64,000 bases of DNA from Eledone cirrhosa (Eukaryota). The notes beneath the pieces are model-generated. The model searched no databases. It worked only from the letters and a program-made list of their open reading frames with translations, and had not been told where the DNA came from. Below are positions 27,639-41,305 of the stretch, piece by piece. Position numbers and translations under genes: made by a program. The DNA lies in contig OZ024741.1 in NCBI GenBank assembly GCA_964016885.1, positions 69,998,001 through 70,062,000 of the forward strand, given 5' to 3'. Numbering within the stretch: position 1 is the stretch's first letter; the number at the start of each line of letters is the position of its first letter.

Positions 27639-29419
27639 CGAAGACATCACATACGGTGGTAGATAAGAAGGTTCAAGGAAAGGCAAGCAATTTCCATAAA
27701 GTAAAATACTCTGACTTTACAAAATAAAACAAAACAAACAACAACAAAAAACGACTTTATCTCTTGAAAAGAAGATAGTGTCGTACTATCCGTTTTGAAA
27801 GAAAGGAAATAAAATTAAAGAGATGTTGCAAAAGAAACAGACAGATTAAGGATGAGTAAAAAAAATCTCAGAAAGCAAACGAGTAAAGTACCTCATTAAT
27901 CTTTGCTAAACATTACTTGTAAAATAGGCGAGACAAGACGCCAGAAGAAAAACTTAACAGGAGAAAGCTCCTGCGGTGGTTAAGGGTCAAACCACTTGGT
28001 TTTGATATTTATTTGTATTACAACGACCTCATGTTCCCTCAAATCCTAAACATATTTGCATTAGCAGCTGCACCACCAGCGATGATTCAGAAGCTGCTTG
28101 TCTGCATGAAAGTATCAGTTCTTCATAAATACGAGGTTCGGCTGGAAAATTCATAAGATGACTATGAACTTTTCAGGAGTGATGCTAGAGCTGTGAAATT
28201 TTGTAAGCATTAATTCCAACTCTTCTTATTAATAACTGCATTGTTTCTTTCCAGGTACTATGTTGAGAAATAAACCTCATTTGGTCATTCCACGAGAGTA
28301 TCTTGGTCAGCTTATGAAGGAGTGAATGTATAATCTAAAGAAAGCCATGTACAATGCAACACACATTCAGGGACACATATATACAAAGGTCGGCTGAAAG
28401 GTCCATAGGCTGATTATAAAGGAGTGATGCTAAAGCTGCGAAATCTTACATGCATTAATTCCAACTCTTCTTATCAATAACAGCATTGTTTCTTTCCAGG
28501 AACTATGCTGAAAAATATACCTCATTTGGTCATTCCATGAGTGTATCTTGGTCAGCTTATGAAGGAGTGATGCTAGAGCTGTGAAATCTTGTATACATTA
28601 ATTCCAACTCTTCTTATTAATTGTTTCTTTCCAGGAACTATGTTGAAAAATAAAGCTTATTTATTCATTCCATGAGAGTATCTTGGTCAACTTATGAAGT
28701 TTTCAGCCGACCTTCGTATGATAACATTAAATAACTGCTTGGAAGCGTAAGAGTTTGAGTCCTCTTTTTACTTCTGAGTTAGGGAAGGAAGACCAGTACT
28801 CAAGATTCTTTATTATTTTATTTTCAGAACCTCCAAGAATAGTGGGAAGAATGGGGGAAGGAACTTATCCTAAAATCGGAAACCAGGTCCGAATGTTGGC
28901 AATAAAATGAACTCCACTAAAAGCAACTAAGACAAGGTAGTGGTGTTAAACAATCTGTTTCAAGCATTTGGTCCAGATCTCCGGTTTGAGGATAATCTTC
29001 CATTTTTATTCCTCTAGGATCCATAGGCCTTGAACAATAGAGGATAATGGGCTCTTCTTGACCAAGACATTAAAAATATGTGATTTATAGGATGTCCAAT
29101 TCTCGCTATACTATATATTTCTTTAGATTGATTGTTTACATTGTAAAATGTGTAGAATCTTACTGAGAAATCACAGAATCCTTTGTAGTTAAGTAAAATA
29201 TTGTGTGATGCTGTGAAGAGTTTTAATACTCGACTTACATACCGCCCAACATAATTAATCCGCAATTAAACTTAATGCAAATCAAAACTGAGGGCCCTGA
29301 TCATGTATTGAATTTTGGAATGGCTTCATCAAGATGTGGGTTTAAAGTTAAGAATGAAAGATACCGTTGTACTCATTAACAGTAATCATATAGTTTCAAA
29401 CTGTGGGATAACTTACGTA

Positions 29420-29786
29420 CTCTCGGGTCCCAAATAATGGGGGATGGGTTGGAATAAGCGGGATGGGTAGGGGTTGTGGACATTTGCTTCAATTCTTATA
29501 AGCGAGGAGGGTGGAATACACGAGGGTTGGGGGAATTGCTAATTGCATATTGTACGTTCGTAAATATGGGATTTCTTGTAATGTTCTTTTTTGTCATATA
29601 TAAAGTTTTTTTTAAATATAAAATAAAATTATTAGATTCTCCAGCTGCTGATCGATATGAATCACTTACAATAAAATTTCGCCGGTGATAGATTAGCAAA
29701 ATTTAATAAGCGGGAGTGAGATGGGGGTGGTAAAAATCTGAAAAATTAATAGGCAGGGGGAGGGGCGATTATTCAAGACCTGAGAG
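29420..29786. mobile_element. MITE with TA TSD (relatives at about 22030-22397 and 52803-53165)
   Basis: TIR ctctcgggtcccaaataat / attattcaagacctgagag. Confidence 0.7.
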
Positions 29787-30374
29787 TACATGTTTATTTG
29801 GTACATGGATCAGGTATCTGCGGTTCTTGAGCCAATCTAGAATGGATGCTAGGTCCTCTGAATTATTTTAATTAACTAACTTATCTATTTTAACGTTGGA
29901 CATTGAAGTATTGGGTCGTCAAGTATGAAATTTGTGGAAAAAAACGTATGACCATATGCCTCACTACAAATTTCATACTTGACGACCCAATAATTACAAA
30001 TGAGATTCAGAACCAATTGAACACAATAAGTCAACAAAATGTTAGCTAACTTCATGTCTTTCTTACAAGTATTTTATACTTATAAATCATGTGACTTCGG
30101 TATGGTAGAATCATTAGAGCGTTGAACAAAATTCTTTGAAGCATTTAGCTACGGCCCATTACGTGCTAAGTTCAAATCCCACCTTTTATCATGCCGAGGT
30201 CGATAAAATGAAGTACCAGTCAATACTGAGATCGGTATAATCACCCTCTTTCTCTCCTCAAATTCTGGTCCTATGCCGAAATCAGGAACAATTATTTGGG
30301 ATCGATTTAATCGACTTTCCCTTCCCCTTCAAATTGCTGGCCTTGTTCCTAAATCAGAAACCATTATTATTGTT

Positions 30375-30563
30375 GATTGGCAGTATTGGTAGAGAATCGG
30401 ACGCCATGCTTTGACGCATAGAGTTACGGCCCTTGCTATTCTGAGTTCAAATCCCGCCGAGGTTAATTTTGCCTTTCATCCTTACGGGGTCGATAAAATA
30501 AAGTACCAGTAATACACTGGGTAATTGCTGGCCTTGTGCCTAACGTAGAAGCAATTATTATTA
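30375..30563 (+). mobile_element. SINE copy
   Basis: Near-identical to 53487-53676. Confidence 0.85.
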
Positions 30564-33230
30564 ACTTTTTTTTAGCTAATAATGGCTCCTAAGATTGAAA
30601 AGATCCCAACTCCTGATCTGAAGCTGTACGGCCTGAATCAGTGACGGATGGTTAAGTGTTTTGTTCTCGAAGGCACGAACCACCGACACACCAGCCGATA
30701 GTTCAACATACATTCGATTGGGCCAGCTGCTACTCCTCTAGAAATGAGATAGTTTCATCTGAATAAATCTCAGCCAGTTGTAGAATAAAGAATATAAACA
30801 AATCCAACTCTGCATTTGATCTGGCGTTACCGTAAAAGATAAACAAATCAGTATTTGTACACTGATTGATGTGACATGTCTGTAGGATAAAAAACATATT
30901 AGGAAAGGAAGTAGGAAGTCTTTCATGTTACAACGACCAGGAAATGAAGATAACGGAATTTTTGTAGCTGGAAAACATGACTTAAATGTTATATTGGACG
31001 TCTTTTGTGTGGTAAAATCTAATGTAAACTGTAAGTGAGTTCATATGTCGGCGGTTATCATAATAATAATTGTTTATTTGGGTATAAAGACCAGTCCATT
31101 ATATCGACCCCCAGTAATTGACTGGTACATTATATTATCGACCTCGAAAGGATGATGACTTAAATGTTATATTGGAAGTCTTTTGTGTGGTAAAACACAA
31201 TGTAAACTATAAACTATGGACATGTGGTTAGAGTGTTTCAGGAAAGAATCGCTGGACAGATTTTACGAGCAAAACTAACCGACAGGAGACCCAGGGGTTG
31301 ACCCCGAGCAAGATGGTTGGATAACATGAAAGAGAATGAGCTTGGCCGGTCTTGCTTGGGGATCCAGTTGGAACAGTTGGAGACGGTTGTACCTGACAGG
31401 ACCTGCTGGAAGGAGTGTTTGAGGACTCTGCTCTCACGACTCTTTCAGGAATATGTGAAAAAAGAAAGAGGAGGAGGGGAGAAGAAGAAGAAGAAGAAGA
31501 AGAAGAAGAATATGTGAATGAGTTCATATACTAGTAGTAATAATTGTTTCTACTTTTGGCACAAGGCCAGCAATTATCCCAGTGTATTACTGGTGCTTTA
31601 TTTTATCGACCCCATAAGGATGAAAGGCAAAGTTAACCTCGACGGGATTTGAACACTTTGCTGCAAAGCAAGGCGTCAGACCCTCTACCGATACTGCCAA
31701 TCCAAATAATGGTTTCTACTAGAGGCACAAAACCAACAATTTTGGGGAGAAGGCAAAGTCGATTAAATCAACCCAAGAGCGTTACTGATGCTTATTTTAT
31801 CGACCCCTTAAGACTAAGCTAACATCGGCGTGATTTGAATGCACGTTGTTCAATGCTCTAACAATTCTACCACACATCGCCTTAATTATAATAATTATTT
31901 CTTAGGGTAAGGTTGGTGGATTGTTAGAGACGTTAGAGCCTCGGACAGTGTTTAACAGTATTTGTTCAAATACCACCGAGGTCAACCTTGCCTTTCATCC
32001 TTCCAAAGTCTATAAAATAATGTACCAGTTAAGTACTGGCTGGATTTTAGATGGAACAAGAGGAAAACTCATCGTCGAAGCTGACAGAGGGCCATTCTAT
32101 TCTATTTCCTATTTTTAATAACTAGAATTTTTTTTCAACACGATGACGCGTAAGTGTATATGTGTGTGCCTGTGTGTTTGTATGAGCATTTCCATACATT
32201 TATATGTATGAGTATATAAATATAAACGCGTAAACACAGACACACTTACAAATATATACACTCAAGCATACATTCACACAAATAAGTATACATTCACACA
32301 AACACACACACACACACATACATTTACACAAAACACACACAAACACATACACTCACACTGCGTAGCAAATGGAACGCCATACGCTGTTTTGCTATAGTTT
32401 CTTCACTACTCCCTTCCTTCCTTTTTACACACATATACATTCACACAAACACTCACACATTGTGTGACGGACGGAAGTCGCTCAAATTTATATATAGATG
32501 ATTTTTAATTTAGGCACAAGGCAAGCCTATATCAACCGCTGTATTTTATTTGTACTTTAGTATATCGACTCCAGAAACATGAAAGGCAAAGTTGACCTGG
32601 GCGAGATTTAACCTCAGAAGTTGAAGTAACCTAACTAAATGCTACCAGGCATTTTGTCCGACGCTGCAACGATTGAGTTAATCCACCGCAAGATTAAAAT
32701 AAAAATAAAATAGCTACAAGTGAGAACCGAAATAGGTTCCTAAATTTCAACTTCTCGAAATGTTTCCGCTGTATCATGATGTTCCACCATTCTGTTGTAT
32801 TATTATGTAGTTAACTGGATCGGTGCAAAGGGGTTGGGAGAACGGAAGAAATGCATTGAAACAGAACACTGGCTTCGAGTTTGACGGTTGTGATGGTAGC
32901 CAAATGTTCTTCAAGTGTTCTTCCATCGTGACTAAACTACTTCATGGCTCACGTACTCAACACCGGTGTTGCTTTAATGTATACATGAATGTGTGGCCGT
33001 TTGGTGTTTGAAACGGATCAGGGGAAGAACAACGTTAACGCTTGGTGGTGTCAAAGAAAGTAGCAGAAACAGCCTTGGTTTTAATTATCTGCCAACATTT
33101 TTACTGTTCATCTTTTGGTTTAGCATCAACGAGTGCCAAGACACACACTGACATACACAGACACGTGCAGACATACACACATAAACACAGACACATGCAG
33201 ACATACACACATAAACACAGACACATGCAG

Positions 33231-33288
<58 letters not shown>

Positions 33289-33389
33289 ATGCAGACATAC
33301 ACACATAAACACAGACACATGCAGACATACACACACACACACAGACACATGCAGACACACACACACACACGTTTTACTATTCTCAAAAA

Positions 33390-35310
33390 TTATCACCACC
33401 ATCACCATAACTACCACCTTCACCACCACCACAATCACTATCACCATCATCATGATTAATGATTAACACTACTAATATCACCGTTACCATCACAATTATC
33501 ACCACCATCACCATCACCATCACCAATACAGCACTATTACCATCACTATCACCACCGTCACGACCAATACTATTAACATCACCGTTGTCATCATAATCAT
33601 CACCATCAACTGTATTATATACCACCATCACTACTACTACCACCACCACCATCACTACTACCACCACCACCACCATCACTACTACCATCACCACCGCCAT
33701 CTCCACCACCATCACCACCACCATCTCCACCACCATCACTACTACCATCACCACCACCATCACTACTACCATCACCACCACCATCTCCACCACCATCACC
33801 ACCACCATCTCCACCACCATCACTACTACCATCACCACCACCATCTCCACCACCATCACCACCACCATCTCCACCACCATCACTACTACCACCACCACCA
33901 CCATCACTACTACCATCACCACCGCCATCTCCACCACCATCACCACCACCATCTCCACCACCATCACTACTACCATCACCACCACCATCACTACTACCAT
34001 CACCACCACCATCACTACCACCATCACCACCACCATCTCCACCACCATCACCACCACCATCACTACTACCATCACCACCACCATCACTACTACCATCACC
34101 ACCACCATCACTACTACCATCACCACCACCATCACTACTACCATCACGACCACCATCACTACCACCATCACCACCACCATCACTACCACCATCACCACCA
34201 CCATCTCCACCACCATCACCACCACCATCACCACCACCATCTCCACCACCATCACTACTACCATCACCACCACCATCACTACTACCATCACCACCACCAT
34301 CACTACCACCATCACCACCGCCATCTCCACCACCATCACTACCACCATCTCCACCACCATCACTACTACCATCACCACCACCATCACTACTACCATCACC
34401 ACCACCATCACTACTACCATCACCACCACCATCACTACCACCATCACCACCACCATCTCCACCACCATCACTACTACCATCACCACCACCATCACTACTA
34501 CCATCACCACCACCATCACTACCACCATCACCACCACCATCTCCACCACCATCACTACTACCATCACCACCACCATCACTACTACTACCACCACCACCAT
34601 CTCCACCACCATCACTACTACCATCACTACCACCATCACCACCACCATCACCATCTCCACCACCATCACTACCACCATCACCACCACCATCTCCACCACC
34701 ATCACCACCACCATCACTACTACCACCACCACCACCATCTCCACCACCATCACTACTACCATTTCCACCACCATCTCCACCACCATCACTACTACCATCA
34801 CTATCACCATCTCCACCACCATCACTACCACCATCACCACCACCATCTCCACCACCATCACCACCACCATCTCCACCACCATCACCACAACCATCTCCAA
34901 CACCATCACTACTACTACCACCACAACCATCTCCAACACCATCACTACTACTACCACCACAACCATCTCCAACACCATCACTACTACTACCACCACAAAC
35001 ATCTCCACCACCATCACTACTACCACCACCACAACCATCTCCACCACCATCACTACTACCATCTCCACCACCATCACTACTACCATCTCCACCACCATCA
35101 CTACTACCATCACAACAACCATCTCCACCACCATCACCACTACCATCTCCACCACCATCACTACTACCATCTCCACCACCATCACTACTACCATCACAAC
35201 AACCATCTCCACCACCACCACCACTACCATCTCCACCACCATCACTACTACCATCTCCACCACCATCACTACTACCATCACAACAACCATCTCCACCACC
35301 ATCATTACCT
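33390..35310. repeat. Long degenerate (CAC/CAT/TAC)n trinucleotide array with a 12-bp higher-order period
   Basis: Units such as caccaccatctc and caccatcactac. Confidence 0.92.
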
Positions 35311-35561
35311 GCACTATTCCCATCACGAATTCACCGTAGTACACTCCAACGTCCGCAGTTTAACCGAGAGAAGCGCCATGTCGGATATGTCACGTTCTCA
35401 GTTAAACAATATTTCACCTTAAGATACTCACATACAAGATATAGACACAGCAGCCATACAAACAAAAAGATACTAACATACATAGTATTTCATGAAAAGG
35501 TCCGTTTGCAATATTTAAATGTTTATTATGAAGTATACGCATGTTTAAATAAATATAAACA

Positions 35562-35741
35562 TTTGTTTCTATTATTGGCACAAGGCCAGCAATTACCCAG
35601 TACATTACTGGTACTTTATTTTATCGACCCCGTAAGGATGAAAGGCAAAGTTAACCTCGACGGGATTTGAACTCAGATCATAAAGGGACGTAACTATGCT
35701 GGAAAGCATGGTGTCCGACCCTCTACCGATACTGCCAATCC
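35562..35741 (-). mobile_element. SINE copy (further minus copies at about 10700-10882, 31540-31703, 36398-36570)
   Basis: Reverse complement of the same SINE consensus. Confidence 0.8.
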
Positions 35742-36107
35742 ATACAAATATTAACTTTTAAATAGTACCATATACATATATATAGTAGCATACATAGGCA
35801 CACACAATATGCGTGGGCGTACACATACGTACACACATAGACGCGCACACGTACACCCATACGCACGCGTACACATATGTACACACATAAACGCTCACTA
35901 TACACACACACATGCACGGGCGTACATACACATACATGCGTGCACACACACACGTGCACACCCACACACACGCGCGCGGGCGCACACATACGTACTCTCG
36001 TACATGCGCACAGACACACACACACGTGAGGGCATGCGCATACATATATAATGTATAAGCTATAGAAAGCCATGTACAATGCAACACACATTCAGGGACA
36101 CCTATAT

Positions 36108-36306
36108 ACAAGGGTCGGCTGAAAAGTCTATAGGCTGACTATAAAGGAATGATGCTAAAGCTGAGAAATCTTGCGTGCATTAATTTCAACTCTTCTTATT
36201 AATAACTGCATTGTTTCTTTCCAGTCACTATGTTGAAAAATAAACCTCATTTGGTCATTGCATGAGAGTATCTTGGTCAGCATATAAACTTTTTAGCTGA
36301 CCCTCG
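36108..36306. mobile_element. Mariner-type MITE (relatives at about 2433-2633 and a compound copy at 28131-28716)
   Basis: TA|caagggtcggctgaaaag...ctttttagctgaccctcg|TA. Confidence 0.78.
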
Positions 36307-36333
36307 TATATCTATACCCCCCCCCTCTCTCTC

Positions 36334-36381
<48 letters not shown>

Positions 36382-36732
36382 AACAAAAAGGAAACAAATA
36401 ATTGTTTCTACTTTTGGCACAAGGCCAGCAATTAACCAGTACATTACTGGTACTTTATTTTATCGACCCCGTAAGGATGAAAGGCAAAGTTAACCTCGGC
36501 GGGATTTGAACACAGACCGTAAAGGGACGTAACTATGCTGGAAAGCATGGCGTCCGACTCTCTACTGATATGTGAGCAAGAAGCCAACAGTATTTCATAA
36601 TATATAAGTGACTATAACGTCAAAATGGAAAATAATTAACGTAAGATTTGGAAATATATGGGGTTAAAAACAAAAACAATAACGAAGCGTGCAGTACAAA
36701 CAGTGTTGGTGTTAGGTTCACATATATATACA

Positions 36733-36906
36733 CAGGTAAAATTCCGTTATAACGAATACCATTTTAACAAATATTTCAGTATAACGAAATCTTTTTCAAT
36801 CTCCGACCACACGCTCGATGTGTTAGATCGACCTCGTTATAAAGAATTTTTCGTTACAACAAATTTTTGTATATCCCATGAATTTCGTTATAACGGAATT
36901 TCACTG
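36733..36906. mobile_element. Tigger-like MITE
   Basis: TIR caggtaaaattccgttataacgaa / ttcgttataacggaatttcactg. Confidence 0.72.
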
Positions 36907-36929
36907 TATATCCACTATATATATATATA

Positions 36930-37227
36930 TCTAAAGCAAAGAATGTCTGTCTGTCTGTCTGTCTGTCTGAATCCCTAAAACTCGAGAACCACCCAACCGA
37001 TTGTTTTCAAACTTTACACATGGTACTTATGGTCCTGCGAGTGTTTTGACAAAAAATATTTCAAATTTTCCATGCCATAGGGACCGCATTACGCGATTTA
37101 GCGATCAGTCTCTATAATTCTTATTCTTTCTTTTTAGATAGATACATAGATATAACGTTGCGCCCTTATAATATCTGTCTTTATATCTGGTGTCCACGCT
37201 GTGTGTGTGTGTATGTGTGTGCGCGTG

Positions 37228-37259
<32 letters not shown>

Positions 37260-37373
37260 GTGTGTAACGTTTTTCGAAATATTTACTTCTGCATTCACAG
37301 ATTGATTTTTTTTAGTTTCAGAAGATCCCGTTAAGGGTGAGAGCAGCGATTCTTTGCTTAAACTTTAATGTTA

Positions 37374-37425
<52 letters not shown>

Positions 37426-37581
37426 ATTATATATTCGTGTACAGATATTTTTGCATACACAATAACATAACAAAATATAAACAAACGCATTTATTTCACG
37501 AGGCTCGATAAGGATAAATATATATCAAATATATAAAAAACCCTAGAGCAAATCCCGAGCACCGCCGGGCCATTCTGTTAG
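36930..37581 (+). mobile_element. Non-autonomous Helitron-like element
   Basis: A|TC start, (TGTC)n near the 5' end, 3' hairpin cccgagcaccgccggg, then gTTAG|T (CTAG variant). Confidence 0.6.
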
Positions 37582-37646
37582 TATATATATAAAATAAAAT
37601 AAGTAAGTCAAACATGTAAATATTGGCTTCGTTTATCATAAATTCT

Positions 37647-37699
37647 CTGCTATATATATTTCGGTGACAGCTATTATTGGCTGTGACCTCTTCAGGCAG
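37647..37699 (-). ncRNA. Type I hammerhead ribozyme (mirror + copy at 37856-37901 has a 7-bp stem II deletion)
   Basis: Reverse complement reads ctgc-CTGAAGA-ggtcacagc(caataata)gctgtcacc-GAAA-tatat-ATA^-gcag. Confidence 0.82.
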
Positions 37700-38043
37700 T
37701 CCGAATTAATGTGGAGAAGACAGGTACACATGTTGTTGAAGTGTGTTCCACTCTCTCAATCGATATGTCCAGCTCCTGGGTGTGTTGTTAGTCCTCCGAG
37801 GAACTGGAAACATATGGTTCCAGTTCCTCGGAGGATTTTTCCACATTAATTCGAACTGCCTGAAGAGCCAATAATAGCTGTCACCGAAATATATATAGCA
37901 GAGAATTTATAATAAACGAAGCCAAATGTTTGACTTACTTATTTTACATTACTCCGGAGTAAACAAATCAACATGCGTACTTCGTCGAGTGCCCCAATCT
38001 GCACACTGAGGTGTCGGTAAACAACCAACATATACTCAATACT

Positions 38044-38093
<50 letters not shown>

Positions 38094-39069
38094 TATATAT
38101 GTATGATAAGAACAAAGTGATCTTATTATATACACTCTGCTCTGCATCGAGTGCTGACTTTGGTACTCACACCAATTTTCTTCGGACTTATGAACCTTCT
38201 GTGCATATATATATATATATATATAAAAGTGCTAAGGTGAAACAATTGTTCTCGGTATGGTGAACTAACTGTTGTGTAACCACTTCTACCTAACTCGTCC
38301 CATGGACTGAGTGCTCTACCATTACGGATATTACCTTCCAGTGTATGTGTGTGTGTGTGTGTGTGTGTGTACGTAACTGTGTAACATTACGCGCGTCATT
38401 CCACCGGCTGTTCTTTCCAATTATTGAGCAGCCCAGAAGTAATAACACTATGCAACCCTTATGCACTAAATTACGTTCTCCATGTAGTGGTTTAGGAGGA
38501 AATGGAAGCTTTTATTCGTTTGTTCTCCAAATCCGTCTTCAACTTTTCTAATATTTGTTATATTGTAATGATACGCGCCCCCTCCCTTGATTAGTTTACT
38601 GCCTGCCCTGATGCACGTACTGTGTTTATTTTGCGGGAATTAGCCCTTTCTCGTCAACTCTCCTTTTTCCTTTCTTTGTAAGTGTCTCTTTCACACCTTT
38701 GCATTAAACGATAGCTAGTTAGATAGACGTTGTTATTTTTATTATCTGAAGATAAAGAAACACACAGACACACACTTATATATATATTATATATATAATT
38801 ATATATATTTTATATATATATATTATATATATAATTATATATATTTTATATATATATATTATATATATTATATATATATATATATGTATAAATATATCCA
38901 GGAAAAACTTGAACTGTTAAGGTATTTTTTCTGGTTATGTCAATATTTATAAAACAAACTTTGTATTTTATCTGATGAGAGCATACCAAAGTTTTGGTAC
39001 CCTTGAAATATATATAATAGAATAAATATGGTTTTATAAATATAGTTTCTATTTATTTAATATCATTGA

Positions 39070-39108
<39 letters not shown>

Positions 39109-39371
39109 CTTGACCGACCAGTCTGTCGGGCGTCGTTTCAGCGCCGCTGGTCACAGCACGCCGTCCATTCCTTTCTGGATCGTGCTTTCCTCATCCATGT
39201 ATTCCCAATCGTATTCTTAAAATCGTAACTCCACCCTCGTGGTGGCCTTCCAAGTGGTCGTTTTCGCTCGCGCGGGTACCACTCGGCAACTGCGCGGGTC
39301 CACCGATTATCGGTGAACCGGGCAACGTGTCCAGCCCATCTGAACTTGGTAATATGTATATATATATATAT

Positions 39372-41144
39372 TAGGGTGGCCCTTATTTTTCAACTTTCTA
39401 AAAGTTTAGCTCCCAACGGCCTATCTTGTTCCAATTAACGCTACACCAATGCATGCAAAAATTTAGCTCAGGGGGACAACAGCAAGGCGACCCTCATCGA
39501 CCGTGAAAATTTGAAGTTTTCGCCCGGAAAGTCATTTTTTCTGATAAAAATATTTTATCTTTTATATAATTTTCTTTTAAATTAAAATCTTGTTCAGACT
39601 TATTCTTGGTATTAGAAGGATAAGCGACAATAAATATAATGGGGGAGGCAAGTGGCAAAACTGGGGACAGAGCGCAGGTATAGGGCAAACACCTATTTTT
39701 CGCTGTGGGAGCAGCAAAATTTTAACTTTCGGAAAATTACCTATTGCTAAGGGTCACCCTAATATACATATATCCGTATGTGGTTGACAGCTGAGAGAAA
39801 TGAGTACTCGGTATTAATTATATATATATATACACATATACATATGATATGTATACATATATACTCTCCTTACTAGCCTTGCTTTCATATTTCTCCTTGC
39901 TCCCCTTTTCTCATTGTATTTGTATGTAAACAAGTACATAGATACAAGGAGAAAAGGAGAGTAAGAAGAGCAAGGAGAGCAAGGATAAAAGGACAGCAAG
40001 GAGAGCAATGAGGAAAGGAGAGCAAGGAGTGCAAGGAGAAAAGGGGAGCAAGGAGAAAGGGAGAGCAAGGAAAGGATAAGGCAAATATTGCTCAAGTTAT
40101 GCTGGAAGCAGACAAAGATGAAGAAGAGGAAGAAGAAAAAAAATCAACTGAAGAGGTACATTCTGCACCAAAATGACTTTTCTTCTTTTACAAACATCGA
40201 GTTTTCGTCTTTTGTAACTCCTGATACAAAAACTTTCTTCACGAGATTTTCTATCAACACCGATTTCCTGGACAAAGACCCTTCAACATGGAAGGATGAT
40301 CCTGATTACAAAAGTGGACTTGAAAAACTTGAGAAGACAGTTGTTGTGAATGATGTTGCAGAAAGAGGTGTCAAACTCATTCAGGATTACAATAACATTA
40401 TCACAAAAGATGAAATTGAGAAACAATTTGTTTTACAGATCGTTACCGAAAATCGTAAAACATACATAAGTGCCACTAAATCCTTTCTTATGCAAAAATA
40501 ATGTTTCTACTATTGGCACAAGGCAAGCAATTACCCAGTACATTACTGGTACTTTATTTTATCGACCCCGTAAGGATGAAAGGCAAATTTAACCTCGGCG
40601 GGATTTGAAATCAGAATGGCAAGGGCCGTAACTCTATGCGTCAAAGCAAGGCGTCCGACCCTCTACCGATACTGCCAATTCACCGCCCTAATGCAAAAAA
40701 TAATGTTCAATATTCAGTGTTCACATTATGTTTTTGATTCTATAGAAATCATTGTTGTAAATAAAAATGCGTTTCTCTTATAGAAAACCTAATATTTCTT
40801 AAATTTTTGATGTTATTTCAGGAACTTTTCAAATTAACTATTGGTAAATTTAATTCATAACGTTTTTAAACAGTTGCTGGAGTTGCCTGGATGTGTCCAC
40901 ATAAATTTCTCTAAGAAGAAAAAAGAAAATGGTCGAGATAAGGAACAGTATATCGCTTTTGAACAGAATTAAATGTTGCGTATACTATGTTCCAAATTCA
41001 AGGCGTTTGAGGGTCGCCTAACAGTTGTCCGATTGAGCTGAAATTTTACACACACCGTGTTTTTGGTGATTGGAACAGGATTAGAGGGTGGTAGCCGCAA
41101 AATTGGAACTTTCGGAAAATTACCTATTGCTAAGGGCCACCCTA
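39372..41144 (+). mobile_element. hAT-like (probably hATm) DNA transposon relic with an extra internal right end at 39761
   Basis: TIR tagggtggccctta/taagggccacccta; flanks atatatat/atgtatat; transposase C-terminus at about 40180-40501 (DPSTW..VVNDVAERGVKLIQDY..ITKDE). Confidence 0.65.
40504..40690 (-). mobile_element. SINE inserted at the end of the hAT-like ORF
   Basis: Flanked by the duplication atgcaaaaa(a)taatgtt. Confidence 0.85.
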
Positions 41145-41147
41145 ATG

Positions 41148-41216
<69 letters not shown>

Positions 41217-41305
41217 GAGGTTATATTTAATTTGTTGGGATTCAACAAGCTTAAACAATTTTATAACTGATATAAAGCACTCAACCGATTAGTGGAATAA
41301 ATACA

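Noticed and set aside
29910-29991. Small inverted repeat as a possible pre-miRNA
   Set aside because: Perfect arms of about 26 bp with a large spacer are more consistent with a MITE or fold-back remnant.
33383-35344. 653-aa V/M/E-rich ORF
   Set aside because: It is the translation of a degenerate trinucleotide array, with no complexity or domain.
35418-35479. Candidate Wnt4 exon 1 on - (MLVSFCLYGCCVYILYVSIL-R, phase-2 GT donor)
   Set aside because: Hydrophobic and phase-compatible, but the donor (gtgaaa) is weak and the usual Trp before the junction is missing; not supportable without RNA data.
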